Assembly (NCBI GenBank): GCA_965198945.1
Contig: CBDAQI010000001.1
Coordinates: 329,344 to 393,343 of the forward strand
Origin: Thermodesulfobacteriota bacterium
GTDB taxonomy: Bacteria > Desulfobacterota_D > UBA1144 > Nemesobacterales > Mycalebacteriaceae
Direction: 5' to 3'
Length of the DNA stretch: 64,000 nucleotides
Position 1 is the first letter of the stretch; each line of letters begins with the position of its first letter. This document shows positions 9,086-20,000 of this stretch, in pieces. Both the position numbers and the translations under genes were made by a program. A model generated the notes under the pieces. It made no database searches. It worked only from the letters and a program-made list of their open reading frames with translations, and was not told the origin of the DNA.

Positions 9086-12000
9086 TTATACACCCTGAAC
9101 GGTTTTAATTGAAGAAAGCAGCCGCGCCGCACTTTTAGCCGCTTCAGGTGGAAATTTATTTACGGAGCTGACTTTCCAGCTCTCTCCGCATTTTGAAAAC
9201 AGCGCTCTTGTGTCAGACCGGTCTTTCATCGCATACAACGCCGCGCTGTCTTCTCCTATTTCCATAAAACCGACCGAGTGTTTTTTAAGGACGGTTTTAA
9301 GCGCCGCAAGCGCAAGAAGGTTGTTCAAGCCCCCCGGCACGGGGCCGAACCTGTCTCTGATTTCCTCTTTCAAACGGTTCACTTCACTGATTGTGGAAGA
9401 AGATGAAATTCTTTTGTAAAACACAAGCCTTTCCCTGCCACTTTCCACATAGTTTTCCGGTATGCGGGACTCAATTTTTGTTTTGATCTCAGGTTCAACT
9501 TCCGCTCGCGTTTTCCCGGTTTTAATTTTCTCCACGGCTTCACGCAGCATTTCAAGATAAAATTCAATTCCCACCCCGGCTACATGTCCCGACTGTTCTA
9601 CGCCGAACAGATTGCCCACGCCTCTCATTCTCAGATCTGAAAAAGCCAGCTCGTATCCCGAACCGAAATCCCAGAGTTCGGCAAATCGCCCGAGCCGTTT
9701 CCACGCCTCTTCTCCCACGGATTTTCTGTCCGGCACAAGCAGGCACGCAAATGCCTGTTCTTTTCCCCTCCCCACGCGCCCTTTGAGCTGATAAAGGTCC
9801 GCTATGCCGAATGTATGCGCATCATTTATAATTATTGTGTTCGCCCTTGTAATATCAAGCCCCGACTCCACTATCGCGGTGCTTACAAGCATGTCAACTT
9901 CTCCGCTCGCGAATTTTTCAACTTTATTCTCAATTTCTTTTTTGCCCATTCTTCCGTGCGCGGTTTCCATTGAAATACCGGGCGCTATTTTTTTCAGCTT
10001 ATGCATTATATTTCCTATGCTTTCAATTCTGTTATGGATAAAAAACACTCCGCCGCCGCGTCCGGTTTCTCTCATAATCAAATTGCGTATAAGATTCCCG
10101 TCCCAGTTTCTTATCTCCATTTTTACCGGAAGACGCCCGACCGGAGGCGAATTGATTACACTAATGTCCCTTATTCCCGCAAGGGACAGCTGAAGCGTTC
10201 TCGGAATAGGCGTGGCGGACAGGGAAAGCACTTCGGGATTGCGTTTGAGACTTTTCAGTTTTTCCTTGTGTCTTACCCCGAATTTGTGTTCCTCATCTAT
10301 TATCAAAAGACCCAGATTCCTGAATTTGATTTTGTTTCCGAGAAGTTTGTGGGTTCCGATTACAATGTCCGCGGTTCCGCTTTCAATTTCACGGAGTATT
10401 GTTTTTTCCTCACCGGGGGAAGTGAACCTTGAGAAAGCTACCGTGTTGACCGGAAATTTTTCAAGTCTTTTCCGTGCGGTTTGCAGATGCTGGCTTGCGA
10501 GCAGGGTGGTCGGAGCTATGAAGGCGACCTGAAAACCATCCATCACGGCCTTCAGTGCGGCCCTTAAGGCGACTTCGGTTTTTCCAAATCCCGTGTCTCC
10601 GCATATCAGCCTGTCCATGGGGCGCGGCGATTCCATGTCTTCCATAACATCTTCTATGGCTTTTTTCTGATCGGGAGTTTCCTCGTATAAAAAGTCCATC
10701 TCAAATTCCTTGAATTCCAAGTCCGGTTTGGAAAAACTGTGGCCGCCTCCGCCCGACTTTCTCCTTGCGTAAAGCTCAAGCAGTTCTTTTGCGACCGTTT
10801 CCGTAGCTCTTCTTGCGTTTTTAACGGTTTTTTTCCATGCCGAGCCGCCAAGTTTGTCAATTTTCGGGCTGCCGTCCTCATTGCCGGCATATCTGTGGAG
10901 GAGCCGGAATTTTGACACGGGCACATAAACACTGTCTCCGCCGTGATATTCGCACTCAATAAAATCTCCGGTCTCGTTTCTTATCGTCAGATTTCTGAGT
11001 CCTCTGAATATTCCGATTCCGAATTCACGGTGAACTATCATGTCTCCGTTTTTCATGTCCCCGAAATCAGACTCAAAAGAAGACGCGGAAGACTTTGTGC
11101 GCGGAGCGGTTTTCATTGACGGAATTTTTTCCGCAAAATCCCTCTCGTTCAGAAAAGCGGTTCCGATTTCCGGGAAGACAAATCCTCCTCCCGCAAATCC
11201 GGAATAAAACTGTGCTCCGTCCACACCTTCGTGGATAAAGAAATTCCTTAGTTTTTCAAGCTCATTTTCATTTGCGGCAAACAGTTTCAGCTTATAGCCG
11301 CCGTTTTGCAGAATTTTTGCCGCTCCCAGCATTTTCCCGGCAGAAGAAACCGTTCCACCCGAGTGAACCGGAGGTGTTGAGGTCTGAAAATCAATTTCTC
11401 CGGAACTGAAAGTTTTAATAAAAACCGTTTTCCGTTTCTCAATTTCCCTCTCCATTTCACCGGCGCTCAAACGTTCCGGCGCGCCCTCCTTCTTTTCTTT
11501 TTTTTCGCCCTGATTTTCAAGAGAGTCCAATATATTTCCGCCGCCGGAGTTTTCAATGAACATGACGGTATTTTCTCCGCAATAGTCAAAAATTGATGAC
11601 TCTGCAATACACTCGTCGTCCGTGCGGAAGGGGAAAATCCGGGCTTCTTCGGTCCGTCCGGAAGACATCTGGGTTTGCGTGTCAAACTCTCTGAGTGATC
11701 TTACTCTGCTGCCCGAAAATTCAATGCGCAGACCGGATTTTCCACCTGCGGGAGTAACATCAACAATTGCGCCCCGAACGCTTATTTCTCCTTCAACGCG
11801 CGCGAACTCTTTTTTCTTGTAGCCGGTTTCGGTAAGATGTCGTATCAGTTCGTCCCTGTCCGTTTTGCCGCTCGTTTTTACCCTCACTGAGGCGGACTCA
11901 AGAAAAAATGGTGAGACTGTTTTTTCCGCAACTGTTTCAAAATCTGCGCATACAAACCGCGCATTTTTTGCGCGCACGAGAGATGAAATATCCGCTCCGT

Positions 12001-12265
12001 CCGCGACGGCCGGTTTTTCTCCCGTAAATACGGAGATTGCCCGGCTTGCGTGTTCACAGTTTTCTTTTGAGTCTGATATGTAGAGAAGTCGCGCTTGCAG
12101 ATGTTTGCGCACGAGGCATGACAGAAGAAACGCCGAGCCGCCGATGAGTCCTGACACTTCCGCCCTGCCGTTTTTCAGCAAAAGCTCCGCCAGTTTCTCT
12201 ATTTTATTTCCGGGCTCTGAAGAAAAGTGCGCAAATTCGTCCGAAACGGCGTCGGACGGGGTCAT
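9086..12265 (-). CDS. mfd: Transcription-repair coupling factor
   Basis: UvrB-like N region, CarD/TRCF domain, DRLICGDTGFGKTE, IIDEEHKFG, SATPIPRTL, QLKGRVGR; ATGA overlap with leuB stop. Confidence 0.97.
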   Translation of the reverse strand: MTPSDAVSDEFAHFSSEPGNKIEKLAELLLKNGRAEVSGLIGGSAFLLSCLVRKHLQARLLYISDSKENCEHASRAISVFTGEKPAVADGADISSLVRAKNARFVCADFETVAEKTVSPFFLESASVRVKTSGKTDRDELIRHLTETGYKKKEFARVEGEISVRGAIVDVTPAGGKSGLRIEFSGSRVRSLREFDTQTQMSSGRTEEARIFPFRTDDECIAESSIFDYCGENTVMFIENSGGGNILDSLENQGEKKEKKEGAPERLSAGEMEREIEKRKTVFIKTFSSGEIDFQTSTPPVHSGGTVSSAGKMLGAAKILQNGGYKLKLFAANENELEKLRNFFIHEGVDGAQFYSGFAGGGFVFPEIGTAFLNERDFAEKIPSMKTAPRTKSSASSFESDFGDMKNGDMIVHREFGIGIFRGLRNLTIRNETGDFIECEYHGGDSVYVPVSKFRLLHRYAGNEDGSPKIDKLGGSAWKKTVKNARRATETVAKELLELYARRKSGGGGHSFSKPDLEFKEFEMDFLYEETPDQKKAIEDVMEDMESPRPMDRLICGDTGFGKTEVALRAALKAVMDGFQVAFIAPTTLLASQHLQTARKRLEKFPVNTVAFSRFTSPGEEKTILREIESGTADIVIGTHKLLGNKIKFRNLGLLIIDEEHKFGVRHKEKLKSLKRNPEVLSLSATPIPRTLQLSLAGIRDISVINSPPVGRLPVKMEIRNWDGNLIRNLIMRETGRGGGVFFIHNRIESIGNIMHKLKKIAPGISMETAHGRMGKKEIENKVEKFASGEVDMLVSTAIVESGLDITRANTIIINDAHTFGIADLYQLKGRVGRGKEQAFACLLVPDRKSVGEEAWKRLGRFAELWDFGSGYELAFSDLRMRGVGNLFGVEQSGHVAGVGIEFYLEMLREAVEKIKTGKTRAEVEPEIKTKIESRIPENYVESGRERLVFYKRISSSSTISEVNRLKEEIRDRFGPVPGGLNNLLALAALKTVLKKHSVGFMEIGEDSAALYAMKDRSDTRALFSKCGESWKVSSVNKFPPEAAKSAARLLSSIKTVQGV

Positions 12266-13341
12266 TGAGAGCTCAGTTTTTCCGCTATTATTTCTCCCAT
12301 TTCTTTGCATCCGACCTTCTTTTTACCCTCTTCATTTATGTCCGCCGTTCTAAAACCTTCATCAAGGGCGCTTTCAGTGGCGCGATCTATTTTCTCCGCC
12401 GCATCATTAATTTTGAAAGAGTATTTAAGCATCATGGCGACAGAAAGTATCGCCGCAACGGGATTTGCAGCGTCAGTTCCCGCAATGTCGGGAGCGCTTC
12501 CGTGGACCGGCTCATATATTGCGCCACGGTCTCCGATGCTCGCGGACGGCAGCATTCCCAGGGAGCCGGTCAACTGCGCGGCTTCATCGCTTATTATGTC
12601 TCCGAACAAGTTGCCCGCTAGTATCACATCAAAGGTTTTCGGCCTTCTTATAAGCTGCATCGCCGCGTTGTCCACATACAGGTGGTCAAGTTTTACATCT
12701 GCAAACTCCTCCCGCCCGATTTTTGATACAGTCTCTTTCCACAAAACCATTGATTCAAGCACATTTGATTTGTCCACCGAGGTCAGAGCCCCTTTTCTTG
12801 CCTGCGCGGCGGAAAATGCCCTTCTTGCCACACGCTCTATTTCCGAGGTTGTGTAGGAGAGGGTGTTAATGCCTTTCTGTTCGCCGCCCGGAGAGTCTTC
12901 AATTCCTCTCGGCTCACCGAAATAGATGCCGCCCGTGAGTTCCCGCACGACGAGAATGTCCGTTCCCGCGACCACATCGCTTTTAAGCGTTGAGGCGTCC
13001 GCAAGAGCGGGATAGACCTTTGCCGGGCGCAGGTTTGCGTAGGTGTCAAGTTCTTTTCTAAGAGCGAGAAGACCGGTTTCAGGTTTAATTGAGTGGTCAA
13101 GGTTTTCCCATTTTTCTCCGCCGACCGCTCCGAGAAGCACGGCATCCGCTTCTTTTGCCTTGCGGAGGACTTCATCCGTTACGGGAACGCCGTGTTTGTC
13201 AATGGAACAGCCCCCGAACAGTTCGGTTTCTTTTTCAAATGAAACGCCTGAGATTTTCTCCGCTTCGGAGAGAACATGAAGCGCCGCTTGCGTTACTTCG
13301 GGGCCTATTCCGTCTCCGGGGATGATTAGTATTTTCGGCAT
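12262..13341 (-). CDS. leuB: 3-isopropylmalate dehydrogenase
   Basis: PGDGIGPEV, ANLRPAK, RELTGGIYFG, NLFGDIISDEAAQLTGSLGMLPSAS, EPVHGSAPDIAG. Confidence 0.98.
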   Translation of the reverse strand: MPKILIIPGDGIGPEVTQAALHVLSEAEKISGVSFEKETELFGGCSIDKHGVPVTDEVLRKAKEADAVLLGAVGGEKWENLDHSIKPETGLLALRKELDTYANLRPAKVYPALADASTLKSDVVAGTDILVVRELTGGIYFGEPRGIEDSPGGEQKGINTLSYTTSEIERVARRAFSAAQARKGALTSVDKSNVLESMVLWKETVSKIGREEFADVKLDHLYVDNAAMQLIRRPKTFDVILAGNLFGDIISDEAAQLTGSLGMLPSASIGDRGAIYEPVHGSAPDIAGTDAANPVAAILSVAMMLKYSFKINDAAEKIDRATESALDEGFRTADINEEGKKKVGCKEMGEIIAEKLSSQ

Positions 13342-13408
13342 TTGAGGGGTGAGTATATCATTTTCATCCCGCTGTTGTGTTGAGCGTAAGCCGCGAAACT
13401 GTTAACAG

Positions 13409-13713
13409 CGGTGTTTAAAATCAATTCTCAAGTTAGCTCTTTTGTTAGAACATCTGAAAACCAACTACTTCTGCGGAAAGTTGAAACCCGCCGCTTGAAC
13501 GATAGAACAAATTGGAAAATAGTTTGTGTTTTTCACTGGATAAGAGACGCGGGGGATTGAGCCGGATTCAATTTGTATTGTGGTTGAAGACAGGAAGCGT
13601 GTTGAAAAAACAAAAATCAGAGCATTGCAATCGGCATGGGAAATCACCTTGGAAAATCGTGTTTATAAGTCCGTCAATCCAATAGACTAACCCACTTTTT
13701 AACTTAAACACCG
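13409..13713. mobile_element. Possible IS/MITE relic (IS1595-like ends)
   Basis: 10-bp perfect terminal inverted repeat CGGTGTTTAA (13409-18) / TTAAACACCG (13704-13); no intact transposase and no target duplication seen. Confidence 0.3.
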
Positions 13714-13875
13714 TAGGTTTTTTCCACTCCGGAAAGGACATGGAGCGTCGCTTCGGTTTCTTTGATATCTATTCCGTCTTCGAATATAATTAACAATTTT
13801 AGTTTTTAGAAGTCTATTATATAATCATTGTTCTGGTTGGATTGACATATCTAACTCTATTTGGAAGGGCAAGCA

Positions 13876-15958
13876 ATGAATATGGTCATCAGTTTTTTTC
13901 AATTATCAATCTCCTTGGTAAGTGTTGCGGGGCGCAGGGCTGCTCTGCTGTGCTGTTTCCTGGCTTTGGGCCTGCCTATTTTCGGCTTGCCGACCGGCAT
14001 CTCTGACGCACAGGCGCAAGGTATGCAAATGCCGGTTGCCATCATGGAGAGTGGTTGCCACCTTTTCCTCTTCGGTGATAACGGTTACATATGAAGACCG
14101 GAATCATAATGACATTCTTGATGCGGGTGAAGTAATAAGTGTCACGCATATCAGGAACGGTTCTCCCAGCAGTTTCAATATACTTCGTGACTTACCTGAT
14201 GTTCCCGGCTATGTAGCGGGCACTCTTGGGTTTTGGGTTTTATATAATGAAACGGGAATCCCTTTTCAAATAGAAAGAGTTGATAAATTTACTTATTCCA
14301 GTTCCGACGTAGGTTCTATTTCCGACACTATCCCTCCCACGGTTGGTATTTCCGGTCAGCCTTCTTTTACGGATGGTTCGACGGCGTTTGAAGTAACAGT
14401 CACTTTTTCCGAGGATGTGACGGGCTTTACGTCTGGGGGCATAAGAGTTACAAACGGCGATGCGGGAGACCCAGTGCAGGGCGGGAGCGCTGCGGTGTAT
14501 ACCGTTTCCATCACACCCGACAGCGGCGGTGATGTGGTTGTCCAAGTCATTGCGGGAGCTGCGGAGGACGGAGCCCGTAACGAGAATACGGAGTCTTTGG
14601 CGGTGACGGTGCCGCTGGATGCTGATGTTCCCACGGTTGGGATTATGGGAGCTCTTGGTGGACCTCTGCCTTCTTCCACGGATGCTTCGACGGCGTTTGA
14701 AGTGACGGTCACTTTTTCCGAGGATGTGACGGGCTTTACAGTTGAAGACATCCGTGTTGCAAACGGCACTGCGGGTTCATTTTTCGGTAGTGATGGCGAT
14801 ACGGAGTATAGGGCCACTATTACCCCTGACGGCGGCGGTGATATAACGATTAACATAGATGCCGGTGCGGCGCAGGACTTTGCGGGAAACGGGAATGAGG
14901 CTGCGGAGGAAGTGATTGTGGTATATCAAATGTCACAGAAAATGCGCGATGAAACCGTAAGTCAGGTTAAGTCTTTTATGGAAACCGGCGCCCGCCTGCT
15001 CCACGGCCATCGTTCTGACCGGTCAAGGCGTCTGGCCCGCTTGAAATATAACGGCACGGGCGGCGGTGAGGTCAGTTACAAAGGACACACCCTGCCTGTT
15101 ATGCCGGTTTCACTGTCCGGTTCACCAGTTTCACTTCTCAGTTCAATGAATGTTGCTCTGGGTGAGGACAAGACCAAATTAGTTTATTCCTGCACAAAAA
15201 ACCGGAATGCGGTTTGTATGAAAACTGATATCTGGCTGGAAGGTACTCTGGGAACTTATAAGAACGACAATGCGAAGGGTAAATACGGCATTTTGCATGC
15301 CGGGGTTGACCGGCGTTTGTATGACCGCTTGCTTGTCGGTGTGACGGCTCAGTTTGACCATGTGGTTCAGAATGCGGGCACGGCAAGCAACCGTATCACT
15401 ATGCCGGGAGCGTCCGCCTCGGATAAGTTTTCATCATGGCGCTGGTCGGCATATGGGGCTTTGTTCGGGAGTTTTATCCATTCCAATTTCACCTTTAATC
15501 TTAATCTGGGGCTGGGGTGGTTCGATCAAGACTCGGAATCCTAACGGGACAGCAACGGCTTTGACATTCCCTCTGTGCGCACCTATCTGGGTGAGGCTGA
15601 AGCGGGTATGCGTATCTCCTATCAGCGTCCCCAGAGTCAGTTCAGCCAGTATCTGGAATTTGACGGTCTGTTCCCATTCGGAGGCAAACAGGACAAACAG
15701 GCACTCATTCGCATGAAATTGGGCGCGACCGTGGGCTGTCCGTTTGGCGGTATTATTAGCATTGTCGGATCACTCGATGGTGTGGGCAACCACAAATGGA
15801 GGAGCAGCTCAGTAAGTCTGGGTTATCGTGTGCAGGTGAAGCGTTTGTTTGGCGGGACAGTCGGCGCCAAGACGTCTGTTGATGGCGGCGGGCTGAATCT
15901 CAGCAATGACTCCATGTCCGCAATGACCCCATGTCCGCTTTATTGTTCTACGAATTGA
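13876..15958 (+). pseudogene. Decayed surface protein: signal peptide + two bacterial Ig-like repeats + autotransporter-like beta domain
   Basis: Signal ending AQA; frameshift ~14050; two PTV...FEVTVTFSEDVTGF...AxD..GN repeats; barrel-like DIWLEG...GVD...LLVG; in-frame TAA at 15542-15544 with frame continuing to 15958. Confidence 0.7.
14377..14739 (+). repeat. Internal direct repeat of the Ig-like domains
   Basis: 14377-14430 and 14686-14739 are identical at 52 of 54 nt. Confidence 0.9.
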
Positions 15959-16209
15959 GTTTTTGAGGTGCCAGACGCGGCACGGGGTTGCCTTGTCTTG
16001 AGCCTTTCTTCAAAGACGGTTTATAGTCGCCGGAGTGGCTGACAAAATAAGGATGCCCCGCAGGTAGGGCCTGGGTATTGTCCCTTCCCTTGAGTCTGAT
16101 AGATATTTCTTGTCGGCAGAGCCCTGAAAAGTTTTTTATCTTAAGCGGCGATTCAGATTTGTGACCGGCTGTGGAAAGGGTGACTGAATCCACTATAAAA
16201 AACTGAACC

Positions 16210-16947
16210 TCAATAATCAACCTTTTCCAAAAACAGCCCCTGCGGCGGGGCGGCTATTACATCGCGGGTTTTTTCACCGGTTTTTATTATTTCTCCAAAA
16301 CCTTCAACACTTAACCTTCCCTTTCCCACGCGCACAATGGTTCCGACAATCAGCCTGACCATTCTTTTCAGAAAACCGTCCGCTTCAATTGAGAAAATTA
16401 TAAAATCACCGCCCGTTTTTATTTCCGCCGAAAACACCGTCCTCACGGTTGTTTTCACTTTGGCATCCGCATTTGCAAATACGGCAAAATCGTGTTCTCC
16501 CACAATAAAAGGGCACACCGCGCTCATTGAATACTTGTCCAGTTTGTCGGGTATAAACCAGCAGGTTCTTCTTTCCAAAGCGGGCGGGGAAGGGCGGTTA
16601 AGTATTCTATAAAAATATGTTTTTTTCTTTGAAGAAACACGCGAATGAAAATCTTCCGGAACTTCCCCGGCGGATATTACCGTTATGTCCCGCGGCAGTT
16701 CGGAGTTCAGCGCTTTGCGGAGTTTGTCAGTTTTCATGGAAGAGGCGGTGAGGAAATTGGCAACCTGCCCTATGGCATGAACGCCCGCATCCGTTCTTCC
16801 CGAACCGTGAACGGCCGTTTTTTCGCCCGTGATTTTTAGGAGGGAGTTTTCTATTTTTTCCTGAATCGTGTTTTCCGAGTTTTTCTGTCTCTGCCAACCG
16901 CTGTAATTCGCGCCCTCGTATTCAACTGTTATTTTTATGTTTCTCAA
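16210..16947 (-). CDS. truA: tRNA pseudouridine(38-40) synthase
   Basis: YEGANYSGWQRQ, GSGRTDAGVHA, GFLKRMVRLIVG, APPQGLFL. Confidence 0.97.
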   Translation of the reverse strand: MRNIKITVEYEGANYSGWQRQKNSENTIQEKIENSLLKITGEKTAVHGSGRTDAGVHAIGQVANFLTASSMKTDKLRKALNSELPRDITVISAGEVPEDFHSRVSSKKKTYFYRILNRPSPPALERRTCWFIPDKLDKYSMSAVCPFIVGEHDFAVFANADAKVKTTVRTVFSAEIKTGGDFIIFSIEADGFLKRMVRLIVGTIVRVGKGRLSVEGFGEIIKTGEKTRDVIAAPPQGLFLEKVDY

Positions 16948-19868
16948 CCTTTCTTTCTTATGTAAAAGGTGCGGACGCTTTTGAGGTTTTTCAGGTCTTT
17001 TGCGGTTATTGTCAGCTTATTCATGCCGTCTTCAAGTGGAAGATTAAATGTGAAACTCTGCTTTTTCCCCTCGGAATTAATTACATGTATTTTGTCGTTG
17101 TTATTGAAAAATGAGATGTTCACAATCGGCTCCGCATCCTCAACCGAACCGCTTATTTCTATTTCTTCACTGTCGGTCAGCACAACGGGTGAATCAAGTT
17201 TTATTACCGGCGCGCTTACAAGCGCATATTGAAAATCAGGACTCGCTTTGCCTCTTTGCGGAGAGGTTTTGTCTGTCTCCACCCACCCGCTTTTGTTTTT
17301 GGCGAGTCTCACCTTTGACCACTCGCCCGCTTTGCCCAGAAGCCTGTATGAAGACCCCGCCCGTCCGACTGATATTTCCTGTGCGTCTTCAAAACCGCCT
17401 CCCAGAAAGGCGGCGTTTGCATTTAGCTCCACGACACCTCTTTCAGAAGAAAACTCCGCCGGTTCGCGGAACGGAATTTTTATATCGTATTTTGAAGAAA
17501 ACCCGATTTCAAAATCGTTGGAATTAAGTTCAAATTCCGCTCCTTCCGGGTCTTTGTCCTCTCCCCAGTCATTTTCCACACGAAATCTCATAACCACATC
17601 GCGTGATTCTCCCGACTTGAATTTTCCAATTTCCTCTATGGCTTTTTCAAGAAACAGTTTTTTGCCGGATTTGTTTCTTAAATAAATTCCAAGATCTTCG
17701 GAGTCTCCCTCACCGGTGTTTTTTATCCTGAAAAGAAGCGTTATGGTTTCGTTTTTACCAATTCTTCCGTCTCCGTTGCCCTTTGAGCCCAATCTTCCGT
17801 CATCAACTATTTCATAGTTATAGCTTATTGACGGACGTTTTTTTCCTTCGGTGCCGACCGTAAAGGATTTTGAAAAAACCTCTTTTCCCGAAAAATCAAA
17901 AAACCTGACAACGCATTCGTCATTCCTTGTCCGGGCGTTTTTCGGGATTTTCAGACCGGCTTTCCAACTTGCTTTTTTACCGGGGGCTATTTTCCCGAAA
18001 ACAAATTCCCTGTTGTCCAGAACGGGATTGTCCGAATCCGTCACCGCCGTGAGTTTGTAGACAGGTTTTTCTCCGATGTTTTTAACACTGATTTTTATTT
18101 CAACCTCTTCGCCGACTTTGAAAACACCCTTGTCAGGAGTGATTCCCACGGTAAGTTCCGGCTCTCCGCTCCGCACATTTTTATCATTTTCAGACCAGTC
18201 TATTTTGAATTGTGCGAGTTTTTCTCTTATGCGCTTATTTTCTTCCTCGTCTATTTCGCTGAGAACTGAATCGGCATTTTGAAGCAGGTCGCTTCCGTAT
18301 AGACCGTTTGATCCGAGAATTATTCGCCGTGCCGCCACCACCAGCGGGTCAGTTTCTTTCTTTTTCCTTTTTTCCGCTTTGCTGAGAGGCGGAGGAATTT
18401 CATCTTCCTCTTTTTCGTCTTCCTTTCCTATGAGAGATTCATTCAGAATTTTGAAGGTGTGTGAAGGCGGCTCCGGTTCACGGGCATCTTTTTCATCTTC
18501 TCTTTCTTCCCTGTATTTTTCAAGAAAGAACGCAAATTCAGGGGTTTTGTAAATCACCTTGTCTTTGTCAAAATCAACCTCCTCAATAAATATGTCCGGT
18601 GTTATTCCAACCTTGTGTATGGACACATCTCCGGGAATTAGGTAGTTGGCTATTGTCAGTTTGAGGGCGGAGCCGTCTCCAAGCTCAAAAATGTCCTGAA
18701 CAGAGCCCTTGCCGAAAGTGGTTCTTCCCATTGTCAGAGCCCTGTCATTTTCCTTCAGCGCCCCCGTTACGATTTCAGATGCGCTTGCGGAGCCCGAATT
18801 TATTAAAACAACGGTTTTTTCAAACAGTTCAAAACGGTTTTTTGCGGAGGCCGTGTGGGTTGTGATGTTATCACCGCTTTTTATACTGAAGACCGTTCCG
18901 TTTTTCAGGAAAAGGTCGGAGATTTGCGCCGCCTGATTCAGAAGACCTCCCGGGTTGTCTCTGAAATCAATAATTATTCCGGTGAGTTTATCCTTGTTTT
19001 TGTATTTGGACAGGGCTTCAATGATGCTGTCGGTTGTGTTTCTCTGAAAGTTTTTAATTTTGATGTAAAGGATGCCGTCCTCGAAAAGATAGTCTTCAAC
19101 GCTTTCTATTTTTATCACGTCTCTCACTATTGTGAGGGGTTTGGGTTTGCTCATTGAGTCTCTGAGAATTCTTATGTTTACGGGCTTGCCTTTCGGTCCC
19201 CTGAGCCTGTTAACGGCTTCAAGAATTGACATATTGACAGTGGATTCGTTTTCTATCTGGACGATTTTGTCACCGGCTTTCATCCCGGCTCTGTAGGCGG
19301 GAGTGTCTTCAATGGGAGACACGACGGTAATCCAGCCCTTGCGTGTGCTGATAACAATTCCGAGCCCCGTAAAACTGCCTTCAGTTTCAACTATGAACTC
19401 TTCATAGTCCCGAGGGGGGATTATGCGCGAATGCCTGTCCAGAGTTGACAGCATTCCGTTCACCATTGTGTATTCTATTTTCTGCTGATTTTTTTCATCC
19501 GGGTCAGTGTTCATCCGGACAAAGGAGAGCGCTTCTGTTGATATTTTCTCAAGTTCTTTCCATGTCTCCGGTTCTTCGTATTGGAAACTTTTTTTATTCT
19601 CTCCGACAACCAGTTCAAATGCCCCGTCTTTTTCTCCCCATTTGACAAGTATCTCATCTATGTTGGTTTCAAGATTATCCAGCCCCTTTTTGAGCATTTC
19701 CGGAAAATCAGCCGCAGATTTGCGAACGAAATTCTCCCTTACAATATCAAAAACCTCTGCCATAATTTTCGGGGAGTTTTGCTCAGCACCGGCGGTGAAA
19801 ATGGCGGTGGCGGCGCACAGAATTGCGGTGCAGACCGCAAAAGCGATATGTCTTGTAAATTTGTTCAA
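16944..19868 (-). CDS. Long carboxyl-terminal processing protease (S41, PDZ, C-terminal Ig/CARDB-like domains)
   Basis: GLGI PDZ, DFRDNPGGLL, SASASEIV, TFGKGSVQ catalytic motifs; ~450-aa beta-rich tail as in the long deltaproteobacterial CtpA type. Confidence 0.9.
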   Translation of the reverse strand: MNKFTRHIAFAVCTAILCAATAIFTAGAEQNSPKIMAEVFDIVRENFVRKSAADFPEMLKKGLDNLETNIDEILVKWGEKDGAFELVVGENKKSFQYEEPETWKELEKISTEALSFVRMNTDPDEKNQQKIEYTMVNGMLSTLDRHSRIIPPRDYEEFIVETEGSFTGLGIVISTRKGWITVVSPIEDTPAYRAGMKAGDKIVQIENESTVNMSILEAVNRLRGPKGKPVNIRILRDSMSKPKPLTIVRDVIKIESVEDYLFEDGILYIKIKNFQRNTTDSIIEALSKYKNKDKLTGIIIDFRDNPGGLLNQAAQISDLFLKNGTVFSIKSGDNITTHTASAKNRFELFEKTVVLINSGSASASEIVTGALKENDRALTMGRTTFGKGSVQDIFELGDGSALKLTIANYLIPGDVSIHKVGITPDIFIEEVDFDKDKVIYKTPEFAFFLEKYREEREDEKDAREPEPPSHTFKILNESLIGKEDEKEEDEIPPPLSKAEKRKKKETDPLVVAARRIILGSNGLYGSDLLQNADSVLSEIDEEENKRIREKLAQFKIDWSENDKNVRSGEPELTVGITPDKGVFKVGEEVEIKISVKNIGEKPVYKLTAVTDSDNPVLDNREFVFGKIAPGKKASWKAGLKIPKNARTRNDECVVRFFDFSGKEVFSKSFTVGTEGKKRPSISYNYEIVDDGRLGSKGNGDGRIGKNETITLLFRIKNTGEGDSEDLGIYLRNKSGKKLFLEKAIEEIGKFKSGESRDVVMRFRVENDWGEDKDPEGAEFELNSNDFEIGFSSKYDIKIPFREPAEFSSERGVVELNANAAFLGGGFEDAQEISVGRAGSSYRLLGKAGEWSKVRLAKNKSGWVETDKTSPQRGKASPDFQYALVSAPVIKLDSPVVLTDSEEIEISGSVEDAEPIVNISFFNNNDKIHVINSEGKKQSFTFNLPLEDGMNKLTITAKDLKNLKSVRTFYIRKKG

Positions 19869-20000
19869 CCTGAACCCTCGTGCGGAAAGCTGTATACTAT
19901 CACAGACTGATTTTTTTTCAGATTTTTCGGCGACAGTAACGGTGATGAAAATTCTTATTGACTGCGCAGACTTGCCCCTGAAGTCCGGAGACAGCCGCCG

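Noticed and set aside
15959..16209. Structured RNA or small gene between the autotransporter and truA
   Set aside because: No recognisable RNA motif, repeat or protein similarity by eye.
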